Of a stretch of DNA of 64,000 nucleotides, positions 24,784-32,747 are shown in pieces. This DNA comes from an uncultured Actinomycetes bacterium (GTDB lineage: Bacteria; Actinomycetota; Thermoleophilia; Solirubrobacterales; Solirubrobacteraceae): assembly GCA_963705315.1 (NCBI GenBank), contig OY970068.1, positions 70,324 through 134,323 on the forward strand, in the 5' to 3' direction. How positions within the stretch are numbered: the first letter of the stretch is position 1; each line of letters starts with the position of its first letter. The position numbers were made by a program, and so were the translations under genes. Below the pieces are notes generated by a model. That model searched no databases, had not been told where the DNA came from, and saw nothing but the letters and a program-made list of their open reading frames with translations.

Positions 24784-24914
24784 TGTCCGGGGACGATCGT
24801 TCACGGACACCCTTGGAGCAGAAATCGGGCAGCCCGCCATTCCGGGCTCCGCGTTTGTAACGAAACCCGTGTACTCGGCAACGTAACGCGCTCCCCCGTT
24901 CGTCTACACTCCAA
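24784..24914 (+). promoter_or_regulatory. candidate res (resolution) site upstream of tnpR
   Basis: TGTCCG-gggacgATcgttca-CGGACA (24784..24809) is a 26-bp dyad with a central AT, resembling a res subsite I. It lies about 105 bp upstream of tnpR, which leaves room for subsites II and III. Confidence 0.3.
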
Positions 24915-25496
24915 GTGATGCGGATCGGCTACGGGCGGGTATCCACCCGCGATCAGAATCCAGACAGCCAGCGCGACGCCCTCGCCGCCGCCAACTGCGA
25001 TGAGATCTTCGTCGACAACGCCAGCGGCAAGCTCGCCAGCCGTCCAGAACTCGACAAGGCGCTACTCGTCGCCAAGCGCGCCGGCGACAAGCTCGTCATC
25101 ACCAAGCTCGACCGCCTCGGCCGCTCCCTCGAGCACCTCATCGCCCTATCTCGCGACCTCCAGGCGCGTGGGGTAGACCTCGTCGTGCTCGACCAGGGCG
25201 TCGACACCTCAACCGCCGCCGGGCGCATGTTCTTTCAGACCCTCGGCGCGATCGCCGAGTTCGAGCACGCGCTGATGTCCGAACGCACCCGCGACGGCCT
25301 CGACGCCGCCCGCGCGCGCGGACGCACCGGTGGGCAGAAACCCAAGCTCACCGCCCGCCAGGCGAAGATCGCTCAGGACATGTACGACGAGCTCGGCGAC
25401 GACGGACGGCGGGCACACACCGTGCAGCACATCGCCAACGAGTTCGGCGTCACCCGCCCAACGATCTACCGCCACCTCCAACGGCGCATGCGCTGA
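24915..25496 (+). CDS. tnpR: serine recombinase / Tn3-family resolvase
   Basis: MRIGYGRVSTRDQNPDSQ contains the catalytic Ser motif. Other motifs are KLDRLGRS and a C-terminal HTH (IANEFGVTRPTIYRHL). The start is GTG 24915 or ATG 24918. Confidence 0.9.
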   Translation: MMRIGYGRVSTRDQNPDSQRDALAAANCDEIFVDNASGKLASRPELDKALLVAKRAGDKLVITKLDRLGRSLEHLIALSRDLQARGVDLVVLDQGVDTSTAAGRMFFQTLGAIAEFEHALMSERTRDGLDAARARGRTGGQKPKLTARQAKIAQDMYDELGDDGRRAHTVQHIANEFGVTRPTIYRHLQRRMR

Positions 25497-25512
25497 CCGC
25501 GGCCAGCGCGCC

Positions 25513-25551
25513 CTACGTGTCCTCTGGTGCCACGTTTCTTAACGGCACCCC
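25513..25551 (-). repeat. right terminal inverted repeat (IRR) of the Tn3-family element
   Basis: See IRL. It is followed by ATAAT at 25552..25556. Confidence 0.85.
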
Positions 25552-25600
25552 ATAATGGCGCGCCCGCAGCTCCCCCACGCGCCACGCGCGCGCGCCGTCG

Positions 25601-25632
25601 AGTGAGACGAGGTGAGAGTGAGACGAGGTGAG
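25601..25632. repeat. perfect 16-bp tandem duplication
   Basis: agtgagacgaggtgag occurs twice, at 25601..25616 and 25617..25632, in the unannotated flank right of the transposon. Confidence 0.8.
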
Positions 25633-25769
25633 CGACGGGCCCGTCGACGAGCGGTGCCAGCAACTCCTGCGCGAAGATGCCGAACGTCGCGGCGCGGCCC
25701 TCGGGCGCCACCAGCCGGAGGTTGCTGTCGACACGGATGCCTGAACTGAAAAACCGGCCCAATTACAGG

Positions 25770-26147
25770 CTATTCGTGTTTCTCGATGAGCTCGATCCGA
25801 TACCCGTCGGGGTCGCGGACGAAGCACAGCAGCGAGCCGCCCTCGCGGACGCGGTAGGGCGGCTTCTCGGGCTCGATGCCCTGACCGGCAAGCTCGGCGA
25901 GCGCGGCGTCCATGTCGGCGACGCTGATCGCGATGTGGTTGTAGCCCGTGCCGAGCTCGTACTCCGAGACGCCGTGGTTGTAGGTCAGCTCGAGGCGGGG
26001 GCCGTCTTCGGGGAAGCCCATGAAGACGTTGATCGCCTCGTCGCGGATGTTCATCCGGCGCATCTCCTGCAGTCCGAGCGCCCCGTAGAAGGCGACGGAG
26101 CGGTCGATGTCACCGATCCGGTAACACGTATGTAGAAGCTCTGGCAT
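25770..26147 (-). CDS. gloA: lactoylglutathione lyase (glyoxalase I, VOC family)
   Basis: Internal ATG 26147, giving 125 aa: MPELLHTCYRIGDIDRSVAFY...LELTYNHG...GYNHIAISV...DPDGYRIELIE, a typical GloA pattern. Confidence 0.8.
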   Translation of the reverse strand: MPELLHTCYRIGDIDRSVAFYGALGLQEMRRMNIRDEAINVFMGFPEDGPRLELTYNHGVSEYELGTGYNHIAISVADMDAALAELAGQGIEPEKPPYRVREGGSLLCFVRDPDGYRIELIEKHE

Positions 26148-26170
26148 GACGCCAGATACTAGGAAACGCG

Positions 26171-26662
26171 CTAGCCCTTGCCCTGCTTGGCTTCGAACAT
26201 GAACAGGACCATCCCGGCGTCGCGCTCGCTCTCCTGCGAGTTCTTCGCCAGACGCTCGGCCGAGGACCGCGCGATGCGGTCGGCCTGCCTGAGCAGGTCG
26301 TCGCACGCTCGCGAGAGCTGCTGCCAGCCCTTCGTGTCCAGGCGCAGCCGGGCGCGCGTCGCCAGCGATTGGGCATCCTCGAAGCTGCCGATGGCCGCCA
26401 CCGAGCAGACGCTCGGGTCAAGCGGCGACACCTCCGCGCCGGGGCCGCCGCCGGGCGACGTCCCGTTTGACGGCGCCTCGTCCGGCGCGGTCACCGCGCG
26501 GTAGTGGTGGGCCACCGCGCCGCGCACGCGCGTCTCGCCCGTGAGCTCGATGAGCCCGAGCGCGTGCAGCGTTCGCACGTGGTAAGCGACGGTCCCGACG
26601 CTCGCGCCCAGATTGCTCGCGAGCTGGGTCGGCGTCGCTTCGCGCGCCTGCAGTGTGCTCAA
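26171..26662 (-). CDS. ArsR-like winged-HTH transcriptional regulator; the N-terminus probably extends upstream without a canonical start
   Basis: TPTQLASNLGASVGTVAYHVRTLHALGLIEL. The frame stays open upstream of TTG 26662 and encodes DPRYAKAVRHPLRARILSTL, the usual start of the HTH domain. No ATG, GTG or TTG is available there. Confidence 0.6.
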   Translation of the reverse strand: MSTLQAREATPTQLASNLGASVGTVAYHVRTLHALGLIELTGETRVRGAVAHHYRAVTAPDEAPSNGTSPGGGPGAEVSPLDPSVCSVAAIGSFEDAQSLATRARLRLDTKGWQQLSRACDDLLRQADRIARSSAERLAKNSQESERDAGMVLFMFEAKQGKG

Positions 26663-26857
26663 TATGCGGGCGCGCAGAGGGTGCCGTACCGCTTTTGCGT
26701 AACGTGGATCTTCAGTGTTCAGAACGGCCTCGCGTTCCCCGTAGGCCAGACAAAATTTAGGAATCGCACATTATCCGCCTTCGCGGACTCGCACAATGCT
26801 CAAACGTCCAGTGTTCAGCGAGCCCGGTCCGCGACGCTGCCGCAGTACCCTGACGGC

Positions 26858-27577
26858 ATGCTGATCGAGCGCGCCATGTCCGACGGTTTTCTTACGAACA
26901 CGTACCTCGTCGCGGCGCAGCCCGGCGGCCCGGGTTTCCTGATCGACGCCGGCGGGCCTATGGGGCCGCTGTTCGACGCCGCCGAGCGCGAGTCGATCGA
27001 TGTCACGCATCTGCTGCTGACCCACCACCACCACGACCACGTCCTGGCGCTCGACGAGGTCACGCAACGCTTCCCCGGCATCGTCGTCCTCGCGCACCCC
27101 GACGAGCCGGTCGAGGCCGAGCCGTTTGCCCCGCTGCAGATCGGCGGCCTCGACGTCGACGCCCTCCACACGCCGGGCCACACGGCGGGGATGCTGAACT
27201 TCACCGTCCCCGGCCATGTCTTCACGGGCGACACGCTCTTCAAGCACTCGATCGGCGGTGTCCGCGCGCCCGGCAGCACGGGCTACGCCGACATCAAGGC
27301 CTCGATCATGGACACGCTGATGGGCCTCGATCACGCGACCGAGGCCCACCCCGGGCACACCGACCCGACGACGATCGGCGACGAGTGGGAGCACAACGCG
27401 TTCATCCGCGTATGGCGCGGGCTGGATGACGAGGGCGACGAGCGGGTCACGGTCTGGGGCGAGCCCGCGACGCTCGTCGTGTGGGGCGAGGACTACGACG
27501 GGGGCCACAAGGCGTGGGTGCGCTGGGCGGATGGGCGCGATGACATCGTCCCCGGCTCCCAGGTAGAGCGCGGGTAG
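26858..27577 (+). CDS. MBL-fold metallo-hydrolase (glyoxalase II-like)
   Basis: Internal ATG 26858. Motifs are LLTHHHHDHV (H-x-H-x-D-H) and HTPGHTAG. It is divergent from the regulator and 0.7 kb from gloA. Confidence 0.75.
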   Translation: MLIERAMSDGFLTNTYLVAAQPGGPGFLIDAGGPMGPLFDAAERESIDVTHLLLTHHHHDHVLALDEVTQRFPGIVVLAHPDEPVEAEPFAPLQIGGLDVDALHTPGHTAGMLNFTVPGHVFTGDTLFKHSIGGVRAPGSTGYADIKASIMDTLMGLDHATEAHPGHTDPTTIGDEWEHNAFIRVWRGLDDEGDERVTVWGEPATLVVWGEDYDGGHKAWVRWADGRDDIVPGSQVERG

Positions 27578-27584
27578 CGCGCGG

Positions 27585-28991
27585 GTGGCCAAGAAGGACT
27601 CGATCCCGACCTCGCGCCTGAGCCGCTCGTCGAAGGTCGGGCGGTTGGCGGCAACGCAGGCGGCCAAGCAGATCGGGACGCGGGCGACGAACGTGGCGCG
27701 CTCCGAGGAGGGCAAGCAGAAGGCGCTGAACAAGCGCCAGCTCGAGACCGCCGAGCAGATCGTCTCCGCGCTGGGGACGATGAAGGGCGCGGCGATGAAG
27801 CTCGGCCAGGTGATGTCGTTCCTCGACGTCGGCCTCGTCCCGGAGGAGTACCGCGAGGAGTTTCAGGCCAAGCTCGCGGAGTTGCGCGACGCGGCGCCGA
27901 AGGTGGCCTTCAAGGAGATGAAGCAGGTCATCGAGGGCGAGTACGGCGAGCGCATCGAGGACACGTTCGCGACGTTCGACCCCGTGCCGATCGCCGCCGC
28001 CTCGATCGGCCAGGTCTACAAGGCGCGCATCGAGGACGGCCGCGACGTCGCGGTGAAGGTGCAGTACCCGGGCGTCGCGCAGGCGGTGCGCGCGGACATG
28101 ATGAACCTCGGGATCATCCTGCGGCTCATGAAGCGCGTCGCGCCGGGCCTCGATCCCAAGGCGATGGGCGAAGAGATCCGGCTGCGCATCGACGAGGAGC
28201 TCGACTACGAGCTCGAGGCCCAGAACCAGCGCACGCTCGCGCGGCTGTATCGCGGCCACCCGTTCATCACGGTGCCGGGGGTCGTCACGGCGCTGTCGCA
28301 CGAGAAGGTCGTCGTGACGGAGTTCGTCAACGGCCGCGGCTTCGAGGAGCTCAAGCAGCTCCCGCAGGCCGAGCGCGACCGCCTCGGCGAGATCATCTTC
28401 CGCTTCTACTTCGGCTGCATGTACCGCCATTACCAGTTCTCCGGCGACCCGCATCCCGGCAACTCCATGCTGCTCGACGACGGCCGGATGGCGTTCCTGG
28501 ACTTCGGTCTGTTCAAGCGCATCCCGCCCGAGGTCGCCGAGTTCGAGCTGCAGAGCGCGCGGCTGGGCATCGCCGGCGATGGCGCCGAGCTGATCGAGCA
28601 CCTGCACCGCGGTGGCTTCATCGGCCAGCCGGAGTACTACACGCCGGAAGGGATCCTCGAGCAGTTCCACGACCTGACGTGGTGGTACACGAGCGACGAG
28701 GAGATCGCATTGACGCCGGAGATCGCGACCGAGGTCGTCATCGAGATGTCCGACCCGCGCTCGACGCACTTCGCCAAGATGCGCCACGAGACACTGCCGC
28801 CCGACCACCTCTTCGGCCGCCGCCTCGAGATGCTGACGCTCGCGGTGATGAGCCAGTTGCGCGCGCGCGGCAACTGGCACCGGATCGCCCGCGAGTGGAT
28901 CTACGGCGATGAGCCGGTCACGGAGCTCGGACGCCAGGAGGCGGCGTTCTTCGCCAAGCACCCGCCGGTGGCGATGCGCGGCGCGGCGTAG
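27585..28991 (+). CDS. ABC1/UbiB-family atypical kinase
   Basis: FDPVPIAAASIGQVYKARIEDGRDVAVKVQYPG and GDPHPGN are characteristic ABC1 motifs. Confidence 0.8.
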   Translation: MAKKDSIPTSRLSRSSKVGRLAATQAAKQIGTRATNVARSEEGKQKALNKRQLETAEQIVSALGTMKGAAMKLGQVMSFLDVGLVPEEYREEFQAKLAELRDAAPKVAFKEMKQVIEGEYGERIEDTFATFDPVPIAAASIGQVYKARIEDGRDVAVKVQYPGVAQAVRADMMNLGIILRLMKRVAPGLDPKAMGEEIRLRIDEELDYELEAQNQRTLARLYRGHPFITVPGVVTALSHEKVVVTEFVNGRGFEELKQLPQAERDRLGEIIFRFYFGCMYRHYQFSGDPHPGNSMLLDDGRMAFLDFGLFKRIPPEVAEFELQSARLGIAGDGAELIEHLHRGGFIGQPEYYTPEGILEQFHDLTWWYTSDEEIALTPEIATEVVIEMSDPRSTHFAKMRHETLPPDHLFGRRLEMLTLAVMSQLRARGNWHRIAREWIYGDEPVTELGRQEAAFFAKHPPVAMRGAA

Positions 28992-29142
28992 GCGCTGATG
29001 TCGTGAGTCGTTGGCTGGTGCAGCGATCGGGATGCGGGGGGCGGTGTCCTGGTGGTCGTCGGCGACCGCGGTCGTAGTGGTGGTTCCGGCGAGCAGCCGA
29101 CGACACGAGGTCTCTGTGTCGGTCGCGGGGCTGCGATGCGTA

Positions 29143-29159
29143 AACAGCATCGATGAAGG
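29143..29159. repeat. solo terminus of the ACAGCATCGAT palindrome family
   Basis: aacagcatcgatgaagg matches the left terminus of the copies at 8641 and 30918. I see no partner arm nearby. Confidence 0.4.
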
Positions 29160-29208
29160 ACTGGGGAAGGGGCGCTGGCGGCGGTCGCGAGGCGGCGCAG
29201 GCGCATCG

Positions 29209-29309
29209 ATGGCGCCTATGCCGCGCCATGGGCAGCAATTTCGACATCCATCTCGCGGGGGTGCAATGGATGGCGCCTATGCCGCGCCACGAGCCGCAAT
29301 TTCGACATC
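29209..29309. repeat. two 41-bp direct repeat units 60 bp apart, the same family as 12137..12252
   Basis: atggcgcctatgccgcgccatgggcagcaatttcgacatc (29209..) and atggcgcctatgccgcgccacgagccgcaatttcgacatc (29269..) share the core CGCCTATGCNGCGCCA..GC.GCAA.TTCGACA with the 12137 pair. Confidence 0.75.
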
Positions 29310-29388
29310 GACGCCTCGCGAGGAGCCGACGGCGGCCAAGCGCGCTTGCGCCCACCGTGCTGCCGGCGAACCAACGACTCACGAAGCT

Positions 29389-30801
29389 CTAGGACAGCTC
29401 CTGCACGACGAACAGCGAGGTCGACCCCGGCCGCTCGGTCGGCAGCCCGGCGGTGACGCCGACGCGCTGGCCGGGCTGACACCAGCCGAGCTCGACCACG
29501 CGCCGGCAGGCGTCGAGGACGAGCTCCTCGGTGATGCCGTGGCGGCGGATCGACGCCGCGCGCACGCCCCACATGAGCCCGCAGCGACGGACCGTCTCGC
29601 GTCCCGGCGACAGCGCGATGATCGGCACCGTCGGCCGGTGCGCGGAGACGAGGCGGGCGCTGCGGCCCGAGAGCGTCGGGACGACGAGCGCGTCGAGCTC
29701 GAGCTCGCGCGCGGCCATGCACGCGGAGTACGCGATCGTGTAGGACGGATCGCGGGCGTCGCGATGCACCCGGCGCTCGTTCCACTCCTGGTAGGGCGCC
29801 GCCGTCTCGGTCGTCTCGGCGATCGCGGCCATCATCGCCACGGCCTCGACGGGATGCGCGCCGACCGCCGTCTCCTGGGAGAGCATCACCGCGTCGGTGC
29901 CATCGAGGATCGCGTTGGCGACGTCAGCGACCTCGGCGCGGGTCGGCCGCGACGAGACGACCATCGAGTCGAGCATCTGCGTCGCCGTGATCGACGGGCG
30001 GGCGAGGCGGCCGGCGATCTTCAGCAGCTGCTTCTGCACGATCGGCACGCGCTCGACGGGCAGCTCGATCCCGAGGTCGCCGCGCGCCACCATCACGCAG
30101 TCCGCGGCTTGGATGATCTCCTCCGCGCAGTCGACCGCCTGCGGCTTCTCGATCTTCGCGATGAGCGGCAGCCGCGTGTGGGCACGGACCTGCGCGATGT
30201 CGTCTGGCCCGCGCACGAACGACAGCGCGACGAGATCGACGCCCATGCGCTGGCCGGCGCGCAGCATGTCAAGGTCCTCCTCGGGCACCGCCGCGAGCGC
30301 ATCCAGCGGACCGGGTACGTTGAGCCCCTGGCGCGAGGCGACGGCGCCGCCGACCTCGATCTCGGCGTCGATCTCCTGCTCGCCCCGACGCACCGCGCTC
30401 ACGCGCAGGCGAATCGCGCCGTCGGCGAGGTACATGATGTCCCGCGGCGCCATGGCGGCGAAGAGCTCCGGGCGGGCGACGGTCATCCGCTGCGCGGTCC
30501 CGGGGCCGTTGTCGGCGCAGGTGAACGTCACGTGGTCGCCCGGCTTGAGTTCGACGATGTCGTCGGCCAGCGCGCCGATGCGCAGCTTGGGACCGGGGAG
30601 GTCCTGGAGGATCGCGACGGGACGCCCGGCGCGGCCGGCGGCGTCGCGCACGCGCTCGACGGTCTCGGCGTGCTGCTCGATCGTGCCGTGCGAGAAGTTC
30701 AGCCGCGCGACGTCGATGCCCGCCTCGACGAGCCGCACGAGCGTCTCCGTGTCACGGGAGACCGGGCCGATCGTGGCGACGATCTTCGTGCGGCGAGTCA
30801 C
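29389..30801 (-). CDS. pyk: pyruvate kinase
   Basis: From GTG 30801 the product reads VTRRTKIVATIGPVSRDTETLVRLVEAGIDVARLNFSHG. Other motifs are IAKIEKPQAV and MVARGDLGIELP. The upstream part of ORF 29389..31068 is repeat-encoded. Confidence 0.9.
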   Translation of the reverse strand: MTRRTKIVATIGPVSRDTETLVRLVEAGIDVARLNFSHGTIEQHAETVERVRDAAGRAGRPVAILQDLPGPKLRIGALADDIVELKPGDHVTFTCADNGPGTAQRMTVARPELFAAMAPRDIMYLADGAIRLRVSAVRRGEQEIDAEIEVGGAVASRQGLNVPGPLDALAAVPEEDLDMLRAGQRMGVDLVALSFVRGPDDIAQVRAHTRLPLIAKIEKPQAVDCAEEIIQAADCVMVARGDLGIELPVERVPIVQKQLLKIAGRLARPSITATQMLDSMVVSSRPTRAEVADVANAILDGTDAVMLSQETAVGAHPVEAVAMMAAIAETTETAAPYQEWNERRVHRDARDPSYTIAYSACMAARELELDALVVPTLSGRSARLVSAHRPTVPIIALSPGRETVRRCGLMWGVRAASIRRHGITEELVLDACRRVVELGWCQPGQRVGVTAGLPTERPGSTSLFVVQELS

Positions 30802-30819
30802 GCCTTCACCGTAGCTCCT

Positions 30820-30868
30820 GTGACGTCGTCCGAAGGTCTGCGCTTGCGCTGACCGGAGGGCGAAACCC
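30820..30868 (+). repeat. GTRACGTCGNC-hairpin-GGCGAAAC motif, copy 2 of 5
   Basis: gtgacgtcgtc-cgaa-ggtctgcgc/ttgcgctgacc-ggag-ggcgaaaccc. It begins 19 nt beyond the pyk start codon, on the opposite strand. Confidence 0.6.
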
Positions 30869-30915
30869 GTCTGATGCGTATCCGGTTGGCTGCATCGGGT
30901 CGCGCGGCGGGTCGG

Positions 30916-31137
30916 GCGAACAGCATCGATGACGGCATCGGGGCGGGCCGCGCGGAGAGGCCCGCGCGGTCGTGGCGAATCAGGCGCGGATATGGCCCCT
31001 GAGGCGCCACGATCGGCGGCGGAACATCGAGATGGCTCAAGACCACGTATATCGGGGCCTTCAACCATCTCGATCGCTCAGACCCCCCGCGCCTCGCCGA
31101 ACCGCTCGTCCCTCCGTCCTTTATCGATGCTGTTCGC
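30916..31137. repeat. about 222-bp nested imperfect palindrome, ACAGCATCGATAA-terminus family, copy C
   Basis: The termini are gcgaacagcatcgatgacgg (30916..) and tcctttatcgatgctgttcgc (..31137). The inner arms are atcgagatggctcaag and cttcaaccatctcgat. Confidence 0.75.
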
Positions 31138-31231
31138 GCCCACGCGACCGTCGATGCCACGCGCCAACCACCGGATGGACCGAGCCGGATACGGGGTACG
31201 CCGGGCGCCCGTGCGGGGCGACGTTCCGCGG

Positions 31232-32707
31232 CTACTTGTCGCCGACGTACGTCAGGTACGCGTTCCCGCCGGTGCACGAGAACACGATGTAGTTGCCGCG
31301 AGCGCTCGTGAACATGTGATTCACGTCGCCCTGGCCGGGCGGGCAGTAGCCCTGCGGGAGCTTCTTGCCGAAGCGGTTGCTCACGGCCCACAGGTAGACA
31401 AACGGGCCCTTGGCGAACATGACCTGCGTTCCCCCTGCGGTCATCGCCGGCAGCGCTCCCGGGCCGATGGACTGCTCGCCGGTGCCGAGCGCCTTGTAGA
31501 AGCTCGCGCCCCCCCGCTCGTAGGCGACGTGGCGGATCTTGCCGGCGGGCCGGCCGCCGTCGGATGTCGGGTTGGCGCCGGCGGCGACGCGGCGGGCACC
31601 GCCTCCGACGCGGCGGGTGAAGACGCGGCCGCCGTTGGCGTAGCTGATCTGCTTGCCGTTGAAGGTCAGGTCGGGCGCGCTCACGCCGCCGCCGACGACC
31701 TTGCGCATCCGCTTGGCGCCGCGCTTGGTGTAGAGCGTGCCGCCCGCGACCATGGCGACCGTCGTGCAGTCGCCGGCCACCGCGGCTTCCTGGGCGGGCT
31801 TGCCCGCCGGCGAGGCGATGCGGCGCAGCTTGCCGCCGCGCAGCTTGCGGACGAACATGTCGGCCTGGTTGTTGCCATCACCGGCGACGAGGTTCGACGC
31901 GCTGGAGACGAAGGCCAGGCAGGTCGGCCGGTGGGCGTCGTCGCCCTTGGTCCAGCCGTCGAGCGCGGGCGACCAGGAGTCGCCGTTGGCGGGTGCGCCA
32001 CCGAGCCCGCGGGAGGCGAGGACGACGCTGCCGTATTTCCACGGCGTGCCGTACTTGCCCGGCGTTTCGCCGCGCTTGACGAGGAAGACGTTGCTGTGGC
32101 CGTCGGTACCCGCCGTGATGTTCGTCGCCGTGGAGACGTAGGCGACGTAGCGCCCGGTGCGGGCGTCCCACGAGATTACGGGATCGATCGTGGGGGCGTT
32201 CGGCGCGCCGCCGTCGCCGGCACGGGCGATGAGCTGCTGCTTGACGTAGCGCACCGATGTCAGGCGGCCCGAGGGAGGCTTGGGGTCGTCGTCGAGGATC
32301 TTGCCCAGGCCGGTGCTGCCGACGACCTCGGGGCCGCTCAGGCGGACCTTGAAGTGCTCGGTGTCCTCCGGCAGCTGATCGTTGACGATCGGCACGCGAA
32401 TGATGAAGGTCTGCGTCCCGCCCAGCAGCGCTGCGGGGAAGCGCACGCCGCCGCTCGTCGCCACGTAGTCGGCAGGACTGACCGCGGCGACGTTCTCGGT
32501 CGTGTAGCTGATCCCGATCGCGGGAGCGAGAAGCCCGGCCTTGCGGGTCACGACGAAGGCGGCGGCGCCGGCCGGATCGCCCTCGCTGATCTGCGCGTCG
32601 GAGATCGTGACGGCCGCGTTCGCCGCCGCGGGCGCGATGGCCATGACCGACAGCGCCGCGAGTGGCGCGGCGAGGAGCGCGAAACGGTTGAGGGCGGGAG
32701 TGGCCAT
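31232..32707 (-). CDS. secreted protein: N-terminal Calx-beta-like domain plus a beta-propeller-like (TolB/PD40-type) region
   Basis: Signal peptide (LLAAPLAALSVMAIAPAAANA). The segment ISDAQISEGDPAGAAAFVVTR...ADYVATSGGVRFPA...IIRVPIVNDQLPEDTEHFKV resembles Calx-beta. The rest is Gly/Val-rich repetitive beta structure. Confidence 0.6.
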   Translation of the reverse strand: MATPALNRFALLAAPLAALSVMAIAPAAANAAVTISDAQISEGDPAGAAAFVVTRKAGLLAPAIGISYTTENVAAVSPADYVATSGGVRFPAALLGGTQTFIIRVPIVNDQLPEDTEHFKVRLSGPEVVGSTGLGKILDDDPKPPSGRLTSVRYVKQQLIARAGDGGAPNAPTIDPVISWDARTGRYVAYVSTATNITAGTDGHSNVFLVKRGETPGKYGTPWKYGSVVLASRGLGGAPANGDSWSPALDGWTKGDDAHRPTCLAFVSSASNLVAGDGNNQADMFVRKLRGGKLRRIASPAGKPAQEAAVAGDCTTVAMVAGGTLYTKRGAKRMRKVVGGGVSAPDLTFNGKQISYANGGRVFTRRVGGGARRVAAGANPTSDGGRPAGKIRHVAYERGGASFYKALGTGEQSIGPGALPAMTAGGTQVMFAKGPFVYLWAVSNRFGKKLPQGYCPPGQGDVNHMFTSARGNYIVFSCTGGNAYLTYVGDK

Positions 32708-32747
32708 GGATGCAAGCCCTGCGGCGTTGCTCCCATGTGATCGGCGG

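Larger units (their letters stand above)
15576..25551. mobile_element. Tn3-family transposon (9,976 bp) with a mercury/metal-type cargo; the transposase is decayed
   Basis: The 39-bp terminal inverted repeats are GGGGTGCCGTTAAAAAACGTCGCACCAGGTGACAAGTAG (15576..15614) and, read inward, GGGGTGCCGTTAAGAAACGTGGCACCAGAGGACACGTAG (25551..25513), 34/39 identical. A direct 5-bp ATAAT lies at 15571..15575 and 25552..25556. A Tn3-type tnpA remnant ends next to the left IR, and a serine resolvase gene ends 17 bp before the right IR. Confidence 0.85.

Noticed and set aside
25735-25769. A possible intrinsic terminator downstream of gloA (minus-strand RNA ...GGGCCGGUUUUUCAG...).
   Set aside because: The U-run is present, but I could not find a convincing stem preceding it; only 4-5-bp pairings are available.
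25466-25827. ORFs 25466..25762 and 25513..25827 (-), which span the right transposon end.
   Set aside because: Both ORFs run from flank DNA into the terminal inverted repeat, so they are artefacts of the insertion. Only the flank-encoded part might be a remnant of an older gene.
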